From the NCBI RefSeq assembly GCF_000172995.2, contig NC_014736.1, forward strand, positions 60,001-92,000: DNA of 32,000 nt, in the 5' to 3' direction. This document shows positions 1-8,600 of the stretch, piece by piece (the stretch's first letter is position 1; each line of letters starts with the position of its first letter). Both the position numbers and the translations under genes were made by a program. This DNA comes from Halogeometricum borinquense DSM 11551. Its GTDB lineage: Archaea; Halobacteriota; Halobacteria; Halobacteriales; Haloferacaceae. The notes below the pieces were generated by a model, which made no database searches, was not told the origin of the DNA, and saw only the letters and a program-made list of their open reading frames with translations.

Positions 1-144
1 TGACTCTGCCGCGGTGCTATCTGCCGACGATGCATCGTCGTTGCCGAGACAGCCCGCAAGCACTCCACCGCCAAGAATGCTGCAGCCAGCTTTCAGTACA
101 TCTCTGCGCCTCGGGACTCCGTATGAGATATCTCGGTCTTGCAT
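1..144 (-). CDS. Partial CDS (N-terminus only, continues beyond the window start): Tat-signal lipoprotein, function unknown
   Basis: The reverse-strand ATG at 144-142 opens a frame that stays open to position 1 (48 codons): MQDRDISYGVPRRRDVLKAGCSILGGGVLAGCLGNDDASSADSTAAES. The RRR twin-arginine motif, hydrophobic core and LAGC lipobox form a typical haloarchaeal Tat lipoprotein signal. It is absent from the ORF track because it has no stop in the window. Confidence 0.5.
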   Translation of the reverse strand, partial: MQDRDISYGVPRRRDVLKAGCSILGGGVLAGCLGNDDASSADSTAAES

Positions 145-418
145 ATTTTTAGGTCAGCCTAAGAAGCTTTTATATGTTGTGTTTTTGTTGTCTAGCTAAA
201 AGCAGCGTGACTCTCCACCCCGCCGTGGCCGAACAGCGGAGTCCACCGTATGAATCACCAGACTACCGATGTAATCAAAGCACGAATCACGACCTTACGC
301 AACCAATCTTCCTTAGAATCGTGCTTCATCCGCGATCAATAGAATTGGTTATTTTACTGTTGATGTCAATAGATCTGGTTCGGAACATCTTTCTTCTAAC
401 TTGATAATCACATCGTAT

Positions 419-1204
419 ATGCTGTTAGAGTCGCTCGTTGTGCTATTCGCAGGGATTGGTGCCGGTGCCGTCACTGGTCTGATCGGTGCATCCGCAGTGG
501 TGGTTGTGACTCCAGTTCTCATCACAGTTCTGGGGTACAACCCGTACACAGCAATCGGGATTAGTCTCGTAACAGACGTGTTCGCGTCATCTGTCTCCGC
601 GGCTACGTACTGGCGGAATGGAAACATTCGAATTCGAGGGGGCCTCACCATCGCCTTCACAGCGGTTCTCGCGGCTGTCGTCGGGAGTTGGCTGTCCGGT
701 GACGTGGATCCGACGACGCTCGGTGGGTTGTCCGGGGTCGTGATTTTACTTATGGGCGTCTCGTTCACACGGAAATCGCTTAACGAACGGCTCGAGTCGT
801 TTCGAGAGACCGCCGACTTATCCGCTGTCCGGGAACACAAGACGGTCGCCTCGGCACTCGCCGGAGGCTTCATCGGAACGATGACCGGCGTCTTCGGGGC
901 TGGTGGCGGAGTTATGATTCTCATCATTCTCACGTTCATCCTCGAGTACGAGGTTCACACCGCCGTTGGTACGTCCGTCCTGATCATGATTTTCACGGCG
1001 CTCTCCGGCGGTGTGAGCCACTTTATCGTCGAGTCAGCTGTCCCGTTCGCCGCGCTGGGGATCAGTGGTATCGGTGGCATCGTCGGAGCCTTCCTCGCTG
1101 CACGGTACGCGAATCTGGTATCCGAAGAACGGCTCTCGACTGTTATCGGTATGACGTTCGTCGGTCTCGGCGGGTTCGTTGTCCTCCAGCGACTTCCGTT
1201 TTGA
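419..1204 (+). CDS. TauE/SafE (DUF81) family anion/sulfite-exporter-like permease
   Basis: Track ORF 401..1204. I prefer the in-frame ATG at 419 (MLLESLVVLFAG...). The protein has multiple Gly/Ala/Val-rich hydrophobic helices with a two-fold internal pattern (GIGAGAVTGLIGASAVVVV ... GVFGAGGGVMILIILTF), which is typical of TauE/SafE. The antisense ORF 349..939 is a shadow ORF. Confidence 0.8.
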   Translation: MLLESLVVLFAGIGAGAVTGLIGASAVVVVTPVLITVLGYNPYTAIGISLVTDVFASSVSAATYWRNGNIRIRGGLTIAFTAVLAAVVGSWLSGDVDPTTLGGLSGVVILLMGVSFTRKSLNERLESFRETADLSAVREHKTVASALAGGFIGTMTGVFGAGGGVMILIILTFILEYEVHTAVGTSVLIMIFTALSGGVSHFIVESAVPFAALGISGIGGIVGAFLAARYANLVSEERLSTVIGMTFVGLGGFVVLQRLPF

Positions 1205-1399
1205 ACCGTCCGGAAGTAAACGCGCTGGGTCCTGGTCTCAGCGGGCAGGATGGGAAATATCCCACAGAAAGGCGGTTAATCGGCCTGCTACAAGCACAGG
1301 AACTATCTATACCCAAGATCCACAGTTGAGTGTAGATAGCGACGGTTTAGACAACTAAGGAAACACATAGTTGTCTGCAGACTGGTTATACGGATATCG

Positions 1400-2134
1400 A
1401 TGTACACGGTCGCAGACCTAGCGATCAACAACCGGCTCCAGACCGTTGAATACGATCTCAAGCTTGAATCGGCGCTTCGCCAGATGTTCGAGAATAGCTA
1501 TACTCAGGTCGGCGTTGAACGCGACGACGAGCTAGTCGGTATCGTTACGTACAGATCTGTTATCCGAACATTATTGGCGTTTCACCAGTTGGAAGTCGAT
1601 CAAAAAGGGTTAGACAGAATCTCGGTAGGGGCGGCAGTTGAAGATGTACACACAATTAGCGAGGATGAGAATATTCTCACAGTATTCGATGCGCTCGCGG
1701 AACACACGTATCTAGTAGTTATCCGAGACGACGAGTGGCGAATCCTCACCGATTACGACCTCCTGACGAGATTGAAACAAATGCTTGAACCATTTCTGCT
1801 GATCGAATCGATCGAGATGCGACTACGGGAGATTTTCGAGCGGGTATTTGGAGACGCGCTTTCGGACCGACTGGCCGAAACGTTTGGAGAGGAGCATCCG
1901 CTGCCAACGCCGACATCTGTCGAACACTGTAGCTATGCACACTATGCTCAGTTTATCTCGATTCACTGGGACGAGTTTGAGTCACTCTTCGACGATCAGC
2001 AGGATGTGATTCGAGAGTTGGTGCTTGAAATTGGAGATATGCGAAACCGACTCTTCCACTTTCGCGTCGAAGATCCGGACGAATTCGATCGGGATCTATT
2101 ACGCTTCGGCCAGTCGTATTTTTCGTCAGTGTAG
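1400..2134 (+). CDS. CBS-pair domain protein with a C-terminal HEPN-like (RNxxxH) domain
   Basis: ATG start, 244 aa. The N-terminal half has two CBS-like units (...DELVGIVTYRSVIRTLL... and ...DDEWRILTDYDLLTRL). The C-terminal helical domain ends in GDMRNRLFHFR, an Rx4H motif (nt 2042-2059) like the catalytic motif of HEPN RNases (Swt1-like RNxxxH). The domain call is by motif only. Confidence 0.7.
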   Translation: MYTVADLAINNRLQTVEYDLKLESALRQMFENSYTQVGVERDDELVGIVTYRSVIRTLLAFHQLEVDQKGLDRISVGAAVEDVHTISEDENILTVFDALAEHTYLVVIRDDEWRILTDYDLLTRLKQMLEPFLLIESIEMRLREIFERVFGDALSDRLAETFGEEHPLPTPTSVEHCSYAHYAQFISIHWDEFESLFDDQQDVIRELVLEIGDMRNRLFHFRVEDPDEFDRDLLRFGQSYFSSV

Positions 2135-2160
2135 AACTCTGGGCCACCCGCTACTGGCTA

Positions 2161-3411
2161 CTAAACAAGATCAACAGATCTGAGATCATCCATCCGGCCT
2201 CTATTCATCATACCTCGGAGAGTTCGCGCAAATTCTTCGGGTTTTTCGAGACCTCTGAGTCGGAGATTCTCGCTCGTCGAACACTGAATCTCGACAGGAA
2301 ACTGGTCGGCTGGAAGCGGGTCGAACACTGACAGGAACTTCCAGCGACGTGAGTCATCAGCCACCGAAAGAGAGCTAATCTCCGTATACTCGAGAGTCCA
2401 CTGCGGCTCATCAAGATACGTATCATATGCTACGAGCGCATCGTCGTGGAGGCGGTACTCGACGTTAGCGCGACCCAACCAGATGGTAATCAGTGTCACC
2501 GGGGCGAAAACAAGCGGGGAGACGACGAGGACAACGGCAATGCCGTAAAGCGCAGGCGTGAGTCCCCACACTAACAACAGGAAAAAGAACAGGGCAAATT
2601 CGAAACCCCTGCCAAACGCGTACACGAGGCCGTCGTGAATCGCCCAGTTACGCACCACTCGTTTATCGTTTCCGAACATTGATCGCGGCTCACTGTCCGG
2701 TGTCGGGAGTGGCTGTTCAGTGTTGTCGCTGCCCGGGTTGAACGTAAGTGGCCACGGGCCGATGCCGGCTTCACGGAAATCGAACGGGAGTTTCGGCATG
2801 AAAACGACCATCGTCGCGGCGGTGACGGACACAGTGGTCGGATCTGCGTTGGAAACAACCAAAACGGCGAAACAGGCGATGAAAGCAGTGTAAAGCAGTT
2901 CGCGGCTTCGGCGGATCGTTTGCGCCCCAGAATCCTCGTACATCCCCATCGACTGCCACGTGTCCACGATCAGGTAGTGTTTGGCGGCCAAGAGACAAAC
3001 CGTGGGTACGGCGGAGAGTGCGAAACCCCCCGCTAACGGTTCGAGACCCTGCCACGTCAACATCACGACCGGGGATAACACCCAGAAGATAATCCACTGG
3101 TCGATTACGAATGGGATATTCCGTGGGTACAGCGGGGGAAGTCGATCAGAGAGATGGAGATGACCTCGTTTGTCCAATACCGCGTCGTAGAGATCTTCAA
3201 AAAACCGAACCCAATCCATCGGTGGCATGGCGTCGCCGCGTGGACGCCCGGCGGCCAGTCGCTCAAAGAGGATACGACCAATCCCGAGAAGCGCGTCCAC
3301 GACGAAGAGAACGGCGATTGTGAACTGACTCTGTGAGAAGAGCGCTCCAAGGAAAATAAAAAGGTTCGAGAATAAGACGATGAGAAAGAGCCGAACTCGT
3401 CTCCAGTGCAT
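2161..3411 (-). CDS. Polytopic membrane protein, function unknown; possible bPH (YdbS/YdbT-like) C-terminal domain
   Basis: 416-aa ORF with many long hydrophobic segments (LFLIVLFSNLFIFLGALF, FALFFFLLLVWGLTPALYGIAVVLVVSPLVFAPVTLITIWL, and others). The soluble tail (VEYRLHDDALVAYDTYLDEPQWTLEYTEISSLSV...VEIQCSTSENLRLRGLEKPEEFARTL) resembles bacterial PH-like domains that follow a TM hairpin. The overlapping ORFs in other frames are short shadows. Confidence 0.7.
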   Translation of the reverse strand: MHWRRVRLFLIVLFSNLFIFLGALFSQSQFTIAVLFVVDALLGIGRILFERLAAGRPRGDAMPPMDWVRFFEDLYDAVLDKRGHLHLSDRLPPLYPRNIPFVIDQWIIFWVLSPVVMLTWQGLEPLAGGFALSAVPTVCLLAAKHYLIVDTWQSMGMYEDSGAQTIRRSRELLYTAFIACFAVLVVSNADPTTVSVTAATMVVFMPKLPFDFREAGIGPWPLTFNPGSDNTEQPLPTPDSEPRSMFGNDKRVVRNWAIHDGLVYAFGRGFEFALFFFLLLVWGLTPALYGIAVVLVVSPLVFAPVTLITIWLGRANVEYRLHDDALVAYDTYLDEPQWTLEYTEISSLSVADDSRRWKFLSVFDPLPADQFPVEIQCSTSENLRLRGLEKPEEFARTLRGMMNRGRMDDLRSVDLV

Positions 3412-4393
3412 TTAGATGTGCGTCATTGATGACTCACTGATAAAATGCATTCGATGAAATGATTTCACGATCCAAGAGATCGGTCCACCCTGTCCAATAC
3501 GAATTATTCAAACACGACGACTGTGGCCCCGTCAAGAATGAATGTGATCGTGCGTGCGCGCTACCTTAAGACCAAGAGCGACTCAGTAGGTGACCGGAGT
3601 CAACTAAGCGAGCAATCGGTCAGGCTAACGTGACATTCATCGAAAAGTATATGTTATCATACCACACACAAATGAACGGGGAGGCAGGGACAGATCGGTG
3701 GTCGGATTTCCCATACTCCCACAGAGGCACCTACTCCGTGGTTTGCTCCCAGCGGTTCAGGGTGGGCGAGTTTTCGCCACCGGGCACCCCACCAATACTG
3801 GGGGCATCCACTACTCGTTGCTAGCAGTTCCCGTGACACTTTACGCTGGAGTGTTCAGTGGATTCGAGTTCCTTCTGTAAGGGACGACGAAGTTCGAAAA
3901 GTCGATGAAACCAAAACCAGATTGTCCCGAGTTACACCTCGTATATTAGTACTACAAAGAAGCTATGCTCATCTGTCACTACTATATCCAGATGTAGTTA
4001 TATATTTGAAGAGTTGAACGGATAATAGCCAGAGATAAGATCTTTTTGCCTCTACCGAGAGATAGTGAGATAAAAAGCCGCTCGTTTGTCACGAAATGGA
4101 AGAGAGCAAATTTCCAAGAACCATCAGCAGTCAGCAGAGCAATGTAGCCGATCTGCCCGAATGGTTTATCATGACATGCGAAGCGTGATATTCGGAGTAT
4201 TACTGTCTGTAGACAGTCAAGATCATCATCTTTATATCTCGGAAGACATTTCAATGTACTAAGTAAATGTGTGAATCGAAAAATACCGGTCTGGGTCTTT
4301 CTTTCCAGTCCGTGCATGTAACCGGAGTTCTTGGAGAGAGAATCGGTCACCGGCTCATCAAACCAGTACACCAGTCAACCCATCTATAAGAGC

Positions 4394-5560
4394 ATGATTC
4401 GGCTGTTCTCTAAAGTTCAAACCATAATCGGGCGCGTCCGCAAGCGACTCGGGCCAATTCTCCCCGTTCTCCTAACGGCCTTGATAGTCGCACTCCTCGT
4501 GTGGGGCGCGAGCCATATATTCAGTCTTCTCCACACCGTTCCGCAAGTCATCATTCCCGGCCTGTTCAGTGACAGTCCCCTTTGGAAGATCAAACCGCAG
4601 TACGTTGTCTTCATTGCTGCGTTCATCTTCGGGGCGCTTATCGGGACGTGGTATTTCGTCTATCGTCCGAACAGAGAGACGGTCATCGAATACTGGCAGC
4701 AAATTCCCACGTGGATTCGGGCGACTACACTCGGGTTCGGAGGTGCAGTTTTAGTTACTATCGTCCTTCTTTCCCTCGGCACCCATTGGGAAATCCCCGA
4801 CCTCGTCGTCTTAGCCGCGTTCCTGGTCTCGTGGCCGCTGACGACCGGGATAGTTATCCTCTCCAATCGTTGTATTGGCGGCGACTGCCCCCGCTCGACG
4901 TCGATTAGAATCGGCTACATGCACGCGAGAGGGTTAGAGAGTCGAACGATGGCGATTATCGTCGGCGCGTTAGTCGCAGTCGTCGGTGGATTCGTGACGT
5001 GGGCCGTCTCGATCCGCGTCGCAGACTGGGACTCAGTACTCCTGGCGACGGTCGTTGCAGTCCTGTTGTGGATGCTCGCAACGGTGATCGTCTACAACCG
5101 ATACGAGGCACAAACTGCTGAGCGAACTGGTCTGGCGATCACAGATGTCAACCGTCCAGAGGCTCGAACAACGTGGGAACTAGCGATCAAGAACGAGTCG
5201 AACTCGACTATCGATCTGTCGCTGGCGAGAATCCGCGACACGAAATTCGACCTCTACCGGTTTGGAGTCGATACGGACCTCGGACCTGGTGCAGTCTGTA
5301 CGTTCAACGCCCCCGAGGACTTCCGACTGGCACCGAACGATGACTCATGGGAACTCCCGCTCGGCTACACGCTCAAGCAAGGATCACAAACCCCCGTAAT
5401 CCTGACGCGGGGTGGGGAGATGTACGCACTTCAACGGGATCGACTCGATACCGAAGGCGACGGCTCGTCGGAGACTGACGCCAGCGATTCGAGCATGGGG
5501 GAGAGTCAGCACCCCAGTCTATCAGGGCAGAGTCCTGAAGACCCATCGCCACAGGACTAA
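4394..5560 (+). CDS. 6-TM membrane protein with a C-terminal soluble beta-rich domain and acidic tail; first gene of the island, function unknown
   Basis: Track ORF 4331..5560 begins at TTG. I prefer the in-frame ATG at 4394 (MIRLFSKVQTIIGRVRKRLGPILPVLLTALIVALLVW...). About six hydrophobic helices are followed by ~150 aa of soluble sequence (TWELAIKNESNSTIDLSLARIRDTKFDLYRFGVDTDLGPGAVCTFNAPEDF...) and a D/E/S-rich tail. The gene is on the same strand as the giant ORF and lies 110 nt upstream of it. Confidence 0.7.
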   Translation: MIRLFSKVQTIIGRVRKRLGPILPVLLTALIVALLVWGASHIFSLLHTVPQVIIPGLFSDSPLWKIKPQYVVFIAAFIFGALIGTWYFVYRPNRETVIEYWQQIPTWIRATTLGFGGAVLVTIVLLSLGTHWEIPDLVVLAAFLVSWPLTTGIVILSNRCIGGDCPRSTSIRIGYMHARGLESRTMAIIVGALVAVVGGFVTWAVSIRVADWDSVLLATVVAVLLWMLATVIVYNRYEAQTAERTGLAITDVNRPEARTTWELAIKNESNSTIDLSLARIRDTKFDLYRFGVDTDLGPGAVCTFNAPEDFRLAPNDDSWELPLGYTLKQGSQTPVILTRGGEMYALQRDRLDTEGDGSSETDASDSSMGESQHPSLSGQSPEDPSPQD

Positions 5561-5670
5561 GTCGAAGTCGCTGGTCTCTTCGTTCGGAACAGATTGACCG
5601 ACCAACAGATACGTAAGATAACATCTCATGAGGGACAGTATGAACAACGCACGTCACCGGGTGCGATATT

Positions 5671-8600
5671 GTGGCACGCGGGAACACTAACAGCGAAGCA
5701 CATATGACTCGAGAACGCTCAAACCTCACGCTCGAATCATCCGGTCGTGATATCGGCACACTCACCGACACTGACGCGGTCAACTCGATAGACCCCGCTG
5801 TTACGTCTCTCGCAACGACAGGCGGTCTCGAACAGCGAATCAGTTCGATTGCAACGCTCGATACGGCACGTCTCGGTGGGACGTTTGCACAGCGAATCAT
5901 CCGCAAGCGAGGTGCAGCCACCCTCATCTTTCGGTCGTTGCAGAACGCCGTCCAAGACGACACGCCCGACGAAGCCGAACCATCGGATGACTTCTACTCT
6001 ATTTCGTATCCGTCTCTCGAAGAAACATATCCACAGTACGACTCGGAAACTCCCGAGTGGGAAACTCCGGACAGCGGTACGGCACGTGCTGACCCTCCGC
6101 TACGAACAACACGTCCCAGCACCCCGGACCTCACTGTTCAACAATCGGACGCTCCGCAACCGCAAACACACGAAGTCACCCAAAATCCCAACTCGCTCCA
6201 GTCGGAGGCGGCGCCGGACCAGACAGCGCAGAGTTGGCTCGACGAAGACAGCGATACACCAAAATCCGGAGTGACAGCCGAGGCTGAAACTGAGTCCGGA
6301 CAGCACAGAACGGATACCCCGTCTAGCGTCGTCTCAACACCAACCACTAGCGGACAGAACAGCGGGCGTGCCGGGAGCCACCGGCCATCAGTAGAGCGTA
6401 CCGACGCTGCCATTCGAACAGTTAGCCAGCAGCTTCGTCGCGTAAGCCGCCGAGCCACGGGCGCTCGAACCGTCCTCGTGGACCAAACCGATACCGACTC
6501 GACGACGCTCGCTGGCCAGTCCAACCAGCCGTTATCCACTCTCACTGGTCAAACCAACCAGCAATCAACCACGCCCACTAGTCAAACGAACCGACAGCCC
6601 ATCTCGACGGATGAATACCGTGCAGGCGACAGCAACAGACAACAGCAAACGCCGACAGTCGCACCGTCTGCATCGTCTCCCTCGCCCACAGTTCTGTCCG
6701 AACACGAGACAGAATCGTCCACATCATCCTCGACCAGCGGTAAACGGATATCTAACCAGCGGACAGCGCACGAATCGCGACTCACGGGCACGCAACACGA
6801 AAGCGGACACTTGCAAGGTTCGAGGGCGAGTACGCCCAAGGCACGTCAGCGACGCATTCCCCGAACCGATTCGTCGCAGTCACCTACTGCAGGTACGACG
6901 ACCGCCCACGAGACATCGGTCAACCGCTCGGCAAACCCCCAGAAATCGAACGGGCAGCGATCCGCGCTGTGGACACCCGCTGCCACTGCTTCGAACCGCT
7001 CACCAGAATCAGCAGTACGGGCATCACCCACGACAGAGAGACCAAACAGTACCGAGTCAACGACGCAGCGTTCACTGTCGGGGTCACACGAGCGATCAGC
7101 TTCGAGTACTTCACTCCGAGCCACTGCGTCTACGATTCCAGGCCCGGATGTCGAAACCCCGGTGCGTGCGACGACACGAACCCGTGGAATAGCCGCAGGA
7201 CGGGAATCAAATCAGACCCTAACCAGTCCCAGTCGAACGGCCGCAGAGCGCGAACCAACTCAGCGACCGAGTGGAACGACGGTGACAGCGAGCGATTCAT
7301 CGCAGCCAACCGCCCCCACAGCAGACAGCGGTCCGTTCCAGCCATCGTTAGGAGTAACCCCGACGACAGTACTAGACACACCAGTTCAACGACAACCGGG
7401 AAGTACGCAAGAGAGTGCAGTCCAGCGTGCCAACTACGAGTCGGCGACGACATCGACACGGACGCGCGTTGTCGATACGACGAACGCAACTACCGCAAGT
7501 CCAGTCGAATCTACGAGTCCGACGGACAGTGATTCGACGCCGTCGAACCGAGACTGGTCAACGCCAACCAGCACGCCGACGCAAGGATCGCGACGGACAC
7601 TCACCCGAGTATCCGACACGGGCACAGGGAAGGAGCGCACCGCCGAGGGTCAACTTCGTTCACCGTGGTCGCAGTCGCATTCCTCTCAGATGAAGACAGC
7701 AGCAGACACATCGGCCACATCGACCACAGCAGCCACATCGGGCGACCGCGTCGGGTCCATATCGGGAGCGATAGAGACTGCAAATCGGGCGCGAACCGAA
7801 ATCGCCGAGAACGACTCGTATCCGAACAGACCGACCGCGAGCAGTACGGATCCATCTACAGCAGCCGACAGGCTCAGCAGGCAGGAGTTCGGGGAGGTGG
7901 ACACCGCAAACCGAGCGAGAACCCAAACGAGAACTGGTGTCTCTGCGAGCGGCACGGACTCGAGCGTCCCGGCCACAAGGAGTTCGGCCACCTCCGAGTC
8001 GGCTAACGGACTCGACAGTCAGGTGTCGAACCGGTCGGGATCAGTTGCCCCGGAGAACTCAACTCGTCCGAACTCCCACGTTCAGAGCCAGCGAACTGCA
8101 ACACGTACGATAGATCATCTAACAGTACATCGCCTGTCGAGTCAGTCAGCGATCACAGACGGGACAACCGGAAGTAGCCTCCAGCGAACCCACGCGATGG
8201 GTGGTGCGAAACGCGCACTCACAGCGGGGACTCAAAGACGGCCGGAGACATCGACTACTCGCCGCGAGCAGGTGAGCGACAGTTCTCCGGCGCAACCGAC
8301 GACACAGAGTGCCCAGTCGGACACCGCACTGTCCGCGGGCGACGTCCGCGCGCGTGACAGTTACGCCACTGGGGCAACTCGCACCCGCTTCAGACAGCAT
8401 GCAGAGTCGCAATCGCTCCAAGCACTTGATTCGGGAAGTAATCGGGACACGGAATCGCCGTCGCCATTGTCGTCGCCGTCTACTGACGATATCACCGCTA
8501 GTGAGGGGCGCATCACCAGAGCGAGTCGTACCGAGGCAGTACAGCCCAGCGATTCCCACTCCGTCCAACCGCTCAATGCCGGTGACCGTCGAGCCACAGA

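Noticed and set aside
349-939. 196-aa ORF on the minus strand overlapping the TauE/SafE gene
   Set aside because: It is antisense to a gene with a clear family signature. Its translation is P/T/R/S-rich with no recognisable motif, as expected of GC-rich shadow ORFs.
3630-3880. Three ~60-aa ORFs over the GC-rich patch, and a T-loop-like ggattcgag at about 3861 that might indicate a tRNA or att site
   Set aside because: The ORFs have no coding-like composition. The putative T-arm has no complementary stem and no acceptor or anticodon arms could be built, so no tRNA was called.
3982-4371. 129-aa minus-strand ORF in the AT-rich boundary region
   Set aside because: I did not call it as a gene. 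It has no recognisable motif, it is basic and Cys/Ile/Lys-rich unlike every confident protein here, and long ORFs are easier to obtain by chance in AT-poor-stop contexts. It could still be a foreign small gene, so it is mentioned under the boundary finding.
4331-4393. TTG start at 4331 for the membrane protein, and TTG at 401 for TauE
   Set aside because: In-frame ATGs lie a short distance downstream (4394 and 419), immediately before the first hydrophobic helix. The upstream extensions have no supporting features. The true starts remain uncertain.
5373-5963. 196-aa minus-strand ORF spanning the 3' end of the membrane-protein gene, the intergenic region and the 5' end of the giant ORF
   Set aside because: It overlaps two better-supported plus-strand genes. 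Its composition is R/S/C-rich and not haloarchaeal-like, and it has no motif.
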